DNA of 64,000 nucleotides from a virus: IMG/VR virus record IMGVR_UViG_3300042399_001709, positions 1 to 64,000 of that record; one strand, 5' to 3'. Shown piece by piece: positions 30,601 to 37,394 of this stretch (position 1 is its first letter; each line of letters starts with the position of its first letter). The notes under the pieces were generated by a model. It saw only the letters and a program-made list of their open reading frames with translations, ran no database searches and was not told where the DNA came from. The position numbers and the translations under genes were made by a program.

Positions 30601-32018
30601 CCTACGAACGCGCCTTTATCGCTCAGGGATTAAACCCGATCCAAGCTCGAGTTGAGGCTACAAGTCTGGCGCTTAACCATGGCTTGGGGCAGAACTCCAA
30701 GGGATATCAGTACACCATGCCGAGGGATTTCCCGCGCCCAACCACGTATTCCGGGACAAACATCCACGAACATTTTGCTGAAATTTTCATGGGACACACC
30801 ATGGAATCTTTGCCAGATGATATGTTCACGTTCCGAAACCCATTAAGTCAAAACCTTTCCGGAAGGAGTCAAACACATGACTTCCGAACCTTTTCACCCG
30901 AGGACCAGGCGAAGCAAGGCGTACTGCAATCTGCTGGGCAAATGCTTGACCTTGAATACACGAGGGGTGTAGCCGACATAGCATCTGGTGCACTGCCCGA
31001 CCCAAATGGGTTTTTGGAACGCGCTCTTGCAGCCAGATCTCAATACCCAAGAGAATTGGCAAGGGAATATGGTTTTAGGGCAATTGCAGACCCTGGTGCG
31101 GTTGCTGCGGGGCTTATGCCGGAGCTATACACCCCTAAATCTCGTAGAGTCCCAGTACCGTTTACTGGCGGCAACCTGAGCCTTAAGGGGATGCAGGCCT
31201 GGACCCCAGAACAGGGAGGGTTTAAAGGCGGGGCCGCAAAGGCAGATAGTTTTGTCAGTACCAAAAAGGGTAACTTCCTCTCGGGATTCCTTGCAGATGT
31301 TGCCATGATGGCCGTTAGTGGTAACTTTGAGAATTTTGGTCAACTCATTCCATCTCTAGGGTTTAACCTCCTTAGCATCCTTCCAAAGATTGGCGGACCG
31401 GCAGCCATGATTGCAGGGCTTCTGACGACGGGGGCTACCGGCGGCGATATGGGGCGAGCAGTGGCCGGAACCGTCGGCTCGCTGGTTGGCGGCCTCCTTG
31501 GCAATTTGATTCCAATCCCATTTATTGGCGGCATGATCGGCAGCATCCTTGGCGGAATGCTTGGCGACTGGATTTACACTAGCTTCATCAACCCAGAATC
31601 CGCAAAGCAGGGAACCCAAATGATCCAGGCCGGTGGTGGAGCGGTGTACAACGTTGGCCCAAATGCCCCGTTCCCATTTGACGGACCATCAAATGTCCCA
31701 TTCTCTGGTGAGCCTACCCGCAAGATTGGTGGGCGTGCCTTTGGTGGTGCCGTTCGGCCTAACGTAGGGTATATGGTCGGAGAGCGCGGCCCAGAGCTTC
31801 TGGTTCCAGGCGGCCTTGGCGGCAGCATTATCCCAAACCACAAGATGCGTGGGCCACAGGGTGTTACCCCCGTGGGCGGCGGCCAGACCGTCAACGCATC
31901 TGTAGTAATCAACAACCCAAGCGTCTCTAACGCCGGAGATATTGATAAACTAGCCAAGAAGGTAGCAGAGGCGCAAACGCGCGCTCTGCGCTCAGCTGGA
32001 TATGCAAGGCCCTCATAA
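18624..32018 (+). CDS. Giant multidomain (polyvalent) tape measure protein, 4464 aa
   Basis: Follows the frameshifted chaperone; tape-measure core LKDFANVTNF...IGDAVAALG...ALGQMNSAGRV...MMQLANAGI; two RAxGG...VGERGPE motifs; extra HicA-like, ddrB-ParB-like, HExxH and ART-like segments. Confidence 0.92.
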   Translation: MAEIDNVARVGISLDSAAFQDGVARTLRDIDRLLSGLKALQSANKQISLASGGLLGSGSKSPVAGFAKDITRTAIPALRDMERNAIRVGGAVRRSMEEMSRLAAASERVQRQAQRVSSPSSSGIVQDARIRRGQEASLRALMAKAERQGFRIEKTNGGHFAAYPPDKSKQIVFFPSTGGDRRNVQNIRSQLRRSGYVDDVESDRPARAPKRAATPTPVPTQSFVDPRSTSGKIEARYVVRALEELVTSRSSEYPQYLQPRARGGAGRAESVASRQLIEEISGRFDPTQIFFKGPNLAEGIVATVRSEAAKAALVLSGNARTLGMQQLASTPAGQKQINKAVAEFITANPEALGGTAGVARALKEALKIKESGRTPVITRELVTSLEGLGPREGARLGHMLNTGTGMTEAETAQAIARTIARIPGGFERGNVGATIRKGGPAVEELKKLVLAELPTSEIRAKYQTKKGETSSPAINTLMERVLLSTAFGNNAATESMIGKILEGERGGIPAPLLRELHKAVGPQLQLRGRIGAGEIPAGMDPIYNALPEAIELINAAQAVAGGAKRMGKVAGNLAEARKLISAQTAAFGEPSAQGVELASSILAAGRGLPAFFAGLSTYGGRATSATQGGMGLDPSAITADPRVALQIAQEAAATMLAGLKSGSSKGAKGVERLIQEAVEGAIQASAARDPGYLGSAPPASSGGGGSGGGKKPPRSSRGNMEDPPEEEPEEPIAMRRPESSRAYRLNERAVGTARGSAKARAGGYLPYEESSPARQAQLNTNLTRGYLKLTEGLIRVSEQGSHPLGATHIEGMLKELNNAYSLMGSRGLQVPELSQHMAIVSSVLKKLGIDPETVPNSVSGAAIPGSAAVTTAATTAATTAATTAATTAATTSATSAATTAANQVATATAATTAAAIVAKTPAMQRFERLMLGRSVAIGPRTANTKFMTEAVEGVLPGITEAFKPFLEKNFASQILQHFKASFRGLPGESEGLQGQTSTGASSGFLEIGNLNRGSGAILRTAIHEIAHGAFERMREGGYQTPATTMHYGPKGEKLGEKSPATILAAEGGRGISHADPMFYQLQAEISKRTGGLLANLAFHQYAQSRPQGFNTPGLGVGIAAAQLTPHLQELAFKTKPSLVSASTLFTEFATKIHETAAKVQGGGAPIQELLAQVSAGIGELGKSSKMFPKTSFLEIASILSETIRSYGEGGIRSGAAKQFQGLNMPFEQALQRAFIQATGSLLKPGSELRGITGISNRTPEMMAAFMANASEAEKQAVAMAINPEAFEKIIKGQKPGVAADDPGVQQQLNELTKTILQATVSQINAEIAQSGALVQKGSLVGMPLPITRRGGFLPAGAYPNESGPQFRLPGGEPVYNIPPGGSLVPLSGQPIDFVERARQEAEARAARMRTASAYGRSIFERFIPGVGQYREAQIEYGGQALRSAETKQQAVAEFQNNAKAAEAARAANSRLNLVIQDGRVQFGQLANVLTQANTGLTQSVTGVLSLGLSFAIGQQAIFAFAGGIQHLMGGIIGFNAMLESAGVGFNTLFKNAGRSVREAQRETESTIQTLKDFANVTNFRFGDLEVAAVRMQAFGFEVDSVKAKAQGQMPILEAFTNPYSTNGLKEFRGALVNIGDAVAALGAEDDKLRRVTYALGQMNSAGRVYQNDMMQLANAGIAGYEILANALLAELERTGQTASATYKKLLNPQSAIEEIRRLARIGALSGPGGVQAILQGLEAKYGGGMKAFSRTFQGAMTTVADTSQSLVATAFNPLFSVMRDLLAGTKAQEFNDGLATFLQGEEAIKASQLFARSVKTVAEAIRSGLPEGLSVAGGFMDAVLKTLGGIGGAVTASGGPLNAFITSSVSGFKAMAEILSNDVIRKLGASIIVARALFGFISSNPLVATLGASTALVGFLANAYENNQYGVRSAFDRAAPGILSSADSIANSVIPGVSSAAAASIGTLAATIASALSTAMPVIDGILALFAGIMKVIEPLAPLFGVLFAGFVGGKLLVDGLALAMTKFASATARSAEKMEKLKISMFAFKALGAVESYGLERLVPIQRQDQDGNLVASGFGVDDTPGKTITSPALVRAIAFIEALGASKGGREFIAPSGGVDSVLNTGVDIDYAAQRLAELKKYSIDDPKGYNDFLDSVGASERAQIEQALAAGLESVTNRVRGFGERLSAASGKLAKLGIIIDAVKSRMGMLGGILSGLGMFGSIASNLLGLDESISTVFNNMMMVGIAIESLHGAFIALTAATNAQIAALTFGIAGAVMALAFLTGELSKAAQAAFNSNPINTRAKVVTDTRTRLEGQVGKDKAKEMFPELYAEERGVLDDLETWFRRTVALMGANADPQGAAARYDTQLNRELVADNDPSRAQQWLRDNPAWSMSTTGIMGQLEQVQQDKIKQMLREGFSPDEVAKTMNLDQAYVEELYAKWYGAGDAEATKYISLLTKALDATGELLQQAQEAMQKAMEAFQTPLNRLMSRAQVAIQALFEEEKKQLENERMNALANVEVLYNGEMIRLGVLEQQYEALQEQAKQMEKLQQLEESRTKASEAALDMFDASVDPLERARAARDAARELFKDEQRARLDSMGAAIQSGKTSSAYVGTTQFYDEKARALELDQAERSRVMQERIDDLLKKIQEGKISKSKASTELKDIFGDVGLDLEVASAQGYSFMESFSSGFMAALQANINSTFAALPKAITAALNVLSQSAAYKKAQDALNAIMNPDSETRTIKGQTMVDLLKARISDAKNLQTKLREYYALVKPEVGGNDPERVKRFNQIGQFLAQLERMQNVYTPGGKYTSGQYDDLNTGFMEQFQTLLQMVMAGLSGYNPDRNRAMGGSLSSATSYMVGERGPEMLTMFQRGGGYVTPNHKLPPALKSSAGALRAGTYGRAVGGYVGWGKGIMPQDSTGDPTPGPTPEPSWEPTPTPTPTPTPTGTPSPTPTPTPGPTPTTGGDPWGLFPFNFRMYTKWINSVIPLGGIGRIYGGPNGEFTGYNRGTTTPFEEDDAFAVVKRPSWWDRFKNDIGVRKIAPFNWEGPGNIKTWSPKSGFVPGIKVEGPDGKIKLKPGNAISKSAANVMAQAFRGTAILSTGMSFFDILGASERGESPARAWVRNIAMNVGALAMAVPNVAGVVASGGMATAGMFAANAAVATALDAISGSVYDLLFGNVWDGKQTQQSIDMGQERSLGFFGDIFNYNKGFNPAPKPSLTPGNELLNLPSPTAMPKIRFGGGRADGGPVDVGRGYDGRITYLEEYTDPATRFIHQVLQGGQSNSNLARFDFIETLSALYGAGLKTIMPGPDLADALARLAGSGKLPGPLAAFASDMFGLSQLSNVTAKMGLRDTYELDPGLDIVKRGIWGRGSRPLSTSVVRSVAGGLAGDYEHLGGILSQQRGNSSGDATGLMSMGGAGAPISLVTRAGYKPPNVTTSFNDFLSGDYHFPYFATDPDSFPDGKRGLSLSGTLPQGGAGASRLSEFQIPGGIPIDQIEAIFGLNTMVEEETVLSKPIGRETTGIFRRPMNDAEFKARAALLAEMGFTDLGNHAVATDVLNQQIAEWRSSTSADAVDPETLAKAKAELIRQKEMGRIIGTEDGSVNRHAQANSLLRAGVFTSIDEAALYAATADQHFKRVAARKVDAEAQRRSAARTVPRNLSFDEKLAQIREQLLFTQPELFPELGPVDAPALKMLLDDAPAIPKAVGEQLDLFKLKSGSGFDVEDIEGGRRDSVRMRPGEGLRGRPVRTGTILRQPSTFLGKILHNLGVFGNAGSTEVENLGAGPRRVAMGKDFPGYLADTISFDWGDLRIPHDYMDYADMGSIDAISSSARLALAAAPFGMFDPSDPSKRLLIDIVDQIGGEPFAGRVTRSDSNYVQLRRSDLKGGAPETLIHEIGHLMHNKAFGPLKVLRSLVDPEARNLFSSKYKKVLGIYEHKKNPDYDDQGRPRHHPDYNPKPYTIKDTLFGHVSALKYAFYETQNHLQNAQLIRAYERAFIAQGLNPIQARVEATSLALNHGLGQNSKGYQYTMPRDFPRPTTYSGTNIHEHFAEIFMGHTMESLPDDMFTFRNPLSQNLSGRSQTHDFRTFSPEDQAKQGVLQSAGQMLDLEYTRGVADIASGALPDPNGFLERALAARSQYPRELAREYGFRAIADPGAVAAGLMPELYTPKSRRVPVPFTGGNLSLKGMQAWTPEQGGFKGGAAKADSFVSTKKGNFLSGFLADVAMMAVSGNFENFGQLIPSLGFNLLSILPKIGGPAAMIAGLLTTGATGGDMGRAVAGTVGSLVGGLLGNLIPIPFIGGMIGSILGGMLGDWIYTSFINPESAKQGTQMIQAGGGAVYNVGPNAPFPFDGPSNVPFSGEPTRKIGGRAFGGAVRPNVGYMVGERGPELLVPGGLGGSIIPNHKMRGPQGVTPVGGGQTVNASVVINNPSVSNAGDIDKLAKKVAEAQTRALRSAGYARPS
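21240..21299 (+). repeat. 12-bp tandem repeat GCCACAACGGCG (4 perfect + 1 variant) encoding ATTA repeats
   Basis: Directly visible in the sequence. Confidence 0.95.
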
Positions 32019-32021
32019 ATC

Positions 32022-35000
32022 ATGAACTACACTGGAACGATAACGGTAAAGATCAAGCCCAAGCTCCTAAACCATACCCCTGTGGGCGATGGTTTCTTTG
32101 ACATTACCCGGCGCATCAGTTTCTCGGAAGGCGGGGCGGATAGCTCCTTTACCTTCACCGAGAGCTCAGACGGCTCTTTGGGCGAGGCCAAATTCGACAT
32201 GTTTACCATGTTCCCACTCTCGATTACCGACTGGTCCAGCTACTCCGGGGCAACAGTAGATGACAAGGTGCAAAATGCCCTAAACGACCACACCTTCGAC
32301 TTTGAGATCCCGCCTCGGACAGAGATTCAAGTCTACGAAGACGCCACCCTGCTCTTTGGCGGGGTAGTGATGGAGGTTGCTAGGGTTCGAGCGGGCGGCA
32401 CTATTACGACCAACGTCACCTGCTCCGACTATACCGCCCTTCTTGACGAGATTGTTATTGACCGGTACAAAGCTCCATTTGAGACATATGACTACCAGCT
32501 TATCCGTGGCGGATACGAAACAAGCGCCGACAAAAACGGCGTGAAGATCACAAAGATCATCAACGGAAGCAGCGGTGGCGGCAGCCCAACCAGAGTAATT
32601 ACCGTAACGCTTGAGGACGCTCATGACCTTATGGTCGGCCAGAAGGTCAACATTGATCAAACAAGCAATTATAACGGCACGTGGACAGTTGCCTCCATTC
32701 TTTCACTTATTGGCTATACCGCAACAAATTCTTCTACCTATGCCGGCCCGGTTTCTGTAACGAACGCGGCAAGAGCTGGCAGCACAGCAACCATTACAGT
32801 TGGCACACACGCATTTATTGTCGGCGATACAGTTCAGGTTGCTCTTGCAACTGGCCCTACCGGCTATGCGGCCCTCAACGGCACGTACAAGATTACCAGC
32901 GTTGTAGCGAACACCTCTATTACCTACACAACCACAACCTCTGGCACGGTTACCTCTGGAGCAGCTACCGGAACGGTTCAAATTCCCGATGAGAAGTCCG
33001 GCCGGAGTACGCCTTGGACTATCTCCTTCTTTGAAGACGTCAACAAGACAGATCCTTATTCTGGGGTTTCAATTGCGCATGGCATTAACTATGACAGCCC
33101 AACAAGCACTACCGGATACGTGGTTACCGAAGGCAGCGATTGGCGCTTTAGCCCAATCAATTATGTTCCGGATGCCCAGTTCCCAGAAAAGCTAGGGGCA
33201 AAGATCTTCCTTCCATTGTCCGAGGGAAAGTCAGACATCACCAGGGCAGCTGCCGACCCAAGGTCGCTTGACTCAGACGAACGCCTGCGCCTCTATCGAC
33301 TTGACAATGAAATTAAAGAGATGTACGTCCTTACAAGCATTGGCGCGTATGACGCGGCGTCAAATTACCTAGATATTACAACAATCTCTGATCACAATTT
33401 TGAGTCGGGGCAGATTCTTGCTCTTGGAAATGTTGACTATAGCCGAGTGGGGGACTACTCTGCTGGCTTCCGAGCAAACAAACAATCTGAAACCGTTTTG
33501 CGTATTGAGACAAATGTTGACCCGGGCCTTTCGCTGCGGTCGGCAGCAATAACCGGAGCCACGTCTGACGGTACTTTTGCAACGTATACTTGCAACAATA
33601 CGTTTCTTATTGGCGACCCGATTGCCGTTAGCGGAATTACAGAGTCGGGGGGAACCACGGGATCTTTTAACGTAAGCTTTACAATTATTGAAGATTCGAC
33701 GCCAACAACATTTAAGGTTCGTAACTCCACTGACAGAACATACACTAGCGGCGGGACGGCATACGCGTCGTTTGTGGCCTTGAATCGCGTGCAATCCGTT
33801 GGGGCGTTTGAAAAACGCTTAAAGCTTATTTCCGGCCAGCGATTAGACACAATTACAACACTTTATTACGATAGTGCAACTTCCTATTTTAATGTTGGCG
33901 ATGTGATTCATGTAAACGGATCAACTACCTATGATGGAAGATTTACCGTCACGGAGGTTGGCTCTGCTCCTGGAAACTCTGGCGTTCCTATTCGCATTGG
34001 GGCGATTACTCGAACAAACAATGTTGCGCAGGTCTTGCTAACGGATAAAGCCTTGTCAATTTCAAGAGACGCGTCGGCTCATGCTTTTGACCGTGGAGAG
34101 GTAGTCGATGTTACGCTTCCATCGCCGTACACAAGCTTTTCTGGCACTGCAAAAATTATTACTGGCGTAGGGGCCCCGGGCAGCAACCTAACCGCTTCTA
34201 ATATTTATTATGCAAGTACCGGCTCAAATCAAAAATACACAAATCTTACCAAGGCGCAAAAACTAGCATCCTCTATCACATTTGCAGAAAAGACATTGTC
34301 GTATGTTAAATTTATTGACAATAGAGCAGACACGGCAAATTCTCCTATAAGCGTTTCTGCGGGGGCCTATATTTCAATTCCTTATCACTCGTGGGATGCA
34401 GTTTCTGGCGGGTCTAGAACCGCCGCAACGCCAAGCACAAGCTTCATTACTATGCCAAACGACTCTATCGACTACATGGGAGGCAGGCAAAGTGTTGACT
34501 TTGAAGCGTCAGAATTCCAGGGCATTGGGACATCAAAGTACGCTGAAATTGCCTATGTTTCTCGCGCTTCAAATGTTGTAACGATTCGAACAAAAGCGCC
34601 TCATGCGTTTATTGAGGGAGAGACCGTTACCGTAGCCGCGTCTGCCCCGTATACAAGTCTTAATGGGTCGTACGCAATTTCAGATGCAACTGCGGGAACC
34701 TTTACCTTTTCTCTTGCCGGATCAAACATTACCGAAGCTGCTGCAACCGGCTCTGCAACATCAGTTGGGACAGGATTCTACGCAGCAGGCAGAAAGATGA
34801 GCTGTATCTGCGTCGTTAAACTAGAATCTCTTCCATCATCTGGCGAGTATCGAACCGTCTGGCATCACGGGTCAATTACAACCGGCCAACGCCGAGAGCT
34901 GCAAATTAACGACGCTGGGGCTATTTGCTTCATGACCATCAATAACGCAGGATCGACTCAGCGATTTACAACTACGCTGTTGCTAACCGTTGGGGAAACA

Positions 35001-37394
35001 GCAATCATCTTTGTGTCATACAACCCAGCCGCACTGCATATGTATCCTGCAGAGAGCGGTTCAGAAACTTTTGCAGGGTCAGGACTGCTAACAATTCAAA
35101 AGAATGATGAAACCCCACAGACACAAACAGTGTCAACCATAGCAGTCACTGCCTTTGGAAACTTCACTGTTGGTCACGGTTACACAAATGCCGGAGTGGC
35201 AACGTCATTCTTTGACGGGCTGATTGGCAACATCTACGTGCTTGATCGTGTTTTGCGAAACGCCGAGCGTGATCAGCTAGTGTCGTGGATGGCACATTAC
35301 TTTACGATTTCCGACCTTTTAAGCGAGGACAACGATTATCGATATCTTGCAGACCATCCTGGAAAGATAGAGGTTAATCGGGCTAAAGAGCCGTTTAATG
35401 CAATGACGCTTCGCCAGGCCATGGACTATATCTGCAAGAAGACTGGATCGCAATACTGGATTGACGCCAACAAGAACCTTCACTACCAGCGAAGAGACGT
35501 TAAGAACCTTGTAGAGAATGCAACTTACGAGGACAAGTTTGGCAATGCTAGCTCAAACGAATGGAACTTTGGCGGCTCGTTTGTCCTAAGCAACCGCTCA
35601 TCTGGGCCATACGGCTACGGCTATGCCGCTACGTGCGCTGGGTCAACGGAGTCAACTGCTAGATCGCAATACTTTACCGTTGCAGCAAATGAAGTGTACT
35701 TTGCCTCGGCTCTAATGAAGACGTCAAACTCAGAAAAAAGCCGTTTGAAAATTCGTTTTTACGATGTTTCTGATGCGCAAGTTGGGTCAGATAAAACTAT
35801 TGGTGCTGGAGTAAACCTTAATAACTCCTGGCAGAAGATGTGGGGGATGGTTAAGGTTCCTGGAACTGCAGGAATCGTAAAGGCCGCCTTGATCTTCCAC
35901 CACACAAGCCACAGCAGCTCTTATACCGACTTCTACGCAGACCCAAAGGTTGTAAAGATTACCGCAGAGTACGGATTTGCTGACTATGGTATTGCGCCTG
36001 GATCAAGTGTTGAGATGCTGTTTGATCCTGACCTTAATGCCATCTTGCCAATGAAAACATATGAATCGCCAGAAAACATTAGCCAGGGCGGAACGCAGGC
36101 TAACAGGCTTTATCTTTACGGCAAGGCCACAACAGTTGACCAATCTAACAGCGTTATCACCCCGTACGTCAAGAGTGGTCAAGTTATCCGGTACACCTTT
36201 GACTATGTTCAAGGGGTTTGGGACACACACGGGAAAATTGTTGAAGCCTCTAAGGCAGATACCGCGCCAGAAAGCGTGGAGGATGCCGTCTTGTCTGCCA
36301 GCTCTTTCTGGGCAGAGAATGGCCAAAGCATCGAGTCATACGAATTCTCTCACTCAAATAACGCTTCAGCCGGCAGGCTTACCGTTGGGTCGATTATTCC
36401 ATACCTTTGGAGTGAGGTCGGAATCGTTGAGCCTCTTGTGGTAAAGAGCCAGACCGTTACCATTATTGGCGGGGAAATCTACTACAGCGTGCAACTTGCA
36501 GGGGAGCCAGCGTTCCAAAAGAACGCCATTATCCTTGTGCAAAAAGAATATCTCACAGAAAATCTTGGCACCGGCAAAATTAAATTTATGGCCCCGACTA
36601 AACTTCGTAACCTGGTTGTTCAAACAGTAGATAACGACGGAAAAATAACAACTATAGATCAAAATGTTCAGCTTTCATGGTCTATTGACACTACAAACCC
36701 AAGCAACAAAAGCATTACGGGCTACGAGATTGAGCGGCGAAGGCAAGAGCTAAAAAAGACCTCTTTTAGCAAAACGAACATGAAAGCTGGTGTCACTGTT
36801 CTGACGCGAACTCCCGCTGTGGCTGGTGGAATTTCTGTTGTTTCATTGACGTTTGCTAGCTCAACGGGTATTGACGTTGGTGCATATATTCAAATTAAAG
36901 GTGGGCAAATTGGCAAGCAAACAACAAAAGGCCCTAAGAACCCCTCATTGGCCGGATCACACGAAGTAATCAGCGTAACAAACTCTGGCAAGACTATTAA
37001 ATTTAACCAATATGCTTCGGCAACTCATGGCATTACAGAACTTAAAGCAAAGCAAACAAAGGATATTCCGTCTATAGTTGTCTCCTGGTACGAGAACGTG
37101 GCCAAAACCGCTGAAGCTTGGGCACCGCTTGTTACAACAAGGTCGCAGACTTATACTGATGACGGCGACACCAACACGGCACAGGTTAAAGGCCCTGGCC
37201 TTGGCATTAACTACCGATATCAGTATCGCGTAAGGGCCGTTTCCTCAGACATAACTACTGGCGTTAAGCTTTCTGGTCCTTGGTCGTATGTTCCACCTGG
37301 ATACATTAACGCCTCAGCGCAGTCCGGATGGATCTATATTACCGACAGCCTCATGCTTTCGGGTGTCGTTGAGCCAATAATTGGAGATCAATAA
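32022..37394 (+). CDS. Large tail/baseplate hub protein with FCCH-like beta repeats, LamG-like, CBM-like and Fn3-like domains
   Basis: Directly after the TMP; about 8 repeats resembling T..AH.F..G..V.....Y..NG; FDGLIGNIYVLDRVL; YRYQYRVRAV. Confidence 0.75.
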   Translation: MNYTGTITVKIKPKLLNHTPVGDGFFDITRRISFSEGGADSSFTFTESSDGSLGEAKFDMFTMFPLSITDWSSYSGATVDDKVQNALNDHTFDFEIPPRTEIQVYEDATLLFGGVVMEVARVRAGGTITTNVTCSDYTALLDEIVIDRYKAPFETYDYQLIRGGYETSADKNGVKITKIINGSSGGGSPTRVITVTLEDAHDLMVGQKVNIDQTSNYNGTWTVASILSLIGYTATNSSTYAGPVSVTNAARAGSTATITVGTHAFIVGDTVQVALATGPTGYAALNGTYKITSVVANTSITYTTTTSGTVTSGAATGTVQIPDEKSGRSTPWTISFFEDVNKTDPYSGVSIAHGINYDSPTSTTGYVVTEGSDWRFSPINYVPDAQFPEKLGAKIFLPLSEGKSDITRAAADPRSLDSDERLRLYRLDNEIKEMYVLTSIGAYDAASNYLDITTISDHNFESGQILALGNVDYSRVGDYSAGFRANKQSETVLRIETNVDPGLSLRSAAITGATSDGTFATYTCNNTFLIGDPIAVSGITESGGTTGSFNVSFTIIEDSTPTTFKVRNSTDRTYTSGGTAYASFVALNRVQSVGAFEKRLKLISGQRLDTITTLYYDSATSYFNVGDVIHVNGSTTYDGRFTVTEVGSAPGNSGVPIRIGAITRTNNVAQVLLTDKALSISRDASAHAFDRGEVVDVTLPSPYTSFSGTAKIITGVGAPGSNLTASNIYYASTGSNQKYTNLTKAQKLASSITFAEKTLSYVKFIDNRADTANSPISVSAGAYISIPYHSWDAVSGGSRTAATPSTSFITMPNDSIDYMGGRQSVDFEASEFQGIGTSKYAEIAYVSRASNVVTIRTKAPHAFIEGETVTVAASAPYTSLNGSYAISDATAGTFTFSLAGSNITEAAATGSATSVGTGFYAAGRKMSCICVVKLESLPSSGEYRTVWHHGSITTGQRRELQINDAGAICFMTINNAGSTQRFTTTLLLTVGETAIIFVSYNPAALHMYPAESGSETFAGSGLLTIQKNDETPQTQTVSTIAVTAFGNFTVGHGYTNAGVATSFFDGLIGNIYVLDRVLRNAERDQLVSWMAHYFTISDLLSEDNDYRYLADHPGKIEVNRAKEPFNAMTLRQAMDYICKKTGSQYWIDANKNLHYQRRDVKNLVENATYEDKFGNASSNEWNFGGSFVLSNRSSGPYGYGYAATCAGSTESTARSQYFTVAANEVYFASALMKTSNSEKSRLKIRFYDVSDAQVGSDKTIGAGVNLNNSWQKMWGMVKVPGTAGIVKAALIFHHTSHSSSYTDFYADPKVVKITAEYGFADYGIAPGSSVEMLFDPDLNAILPMKTYESPENISQGGTQANRLYLYGKATTVDQSNSVITPYVKSGQVIRYTFDYVQGVWDTHGKIVEASKADTAPESVEDAVLSASSFWAENGQSIESYEFSHSNNASAGRLTVGSIIPYLWSEVGIVEPLVVKSQTVTIIGGEIYYSVQLAGEPAFQKNAIILVQKEYLTENLGTGKIKFMAPTKLRNLVVQTVDNDGKITTIDQNVQLSWSIDTTNPSNKSITGYEIERRRQELKKTSFSKTNMKAGVTVLTRTPAVAGGISVVSLTFASSTGIDVGAYIQIKGGQIGKQTTKGPKNPSLAGSHEVISVTNSGKTIKFNQYASATHGITELKAKQTKDIPSIVVSWYENVAKTAEAWAPLVTTRSQTYTDDGDTNTAQVKGPGLGINYRYQYRVRAVSSDITTGVKLSGPWSYVPPGYINASAQSGWIYITDSLMLSGVVEPIIGDQ

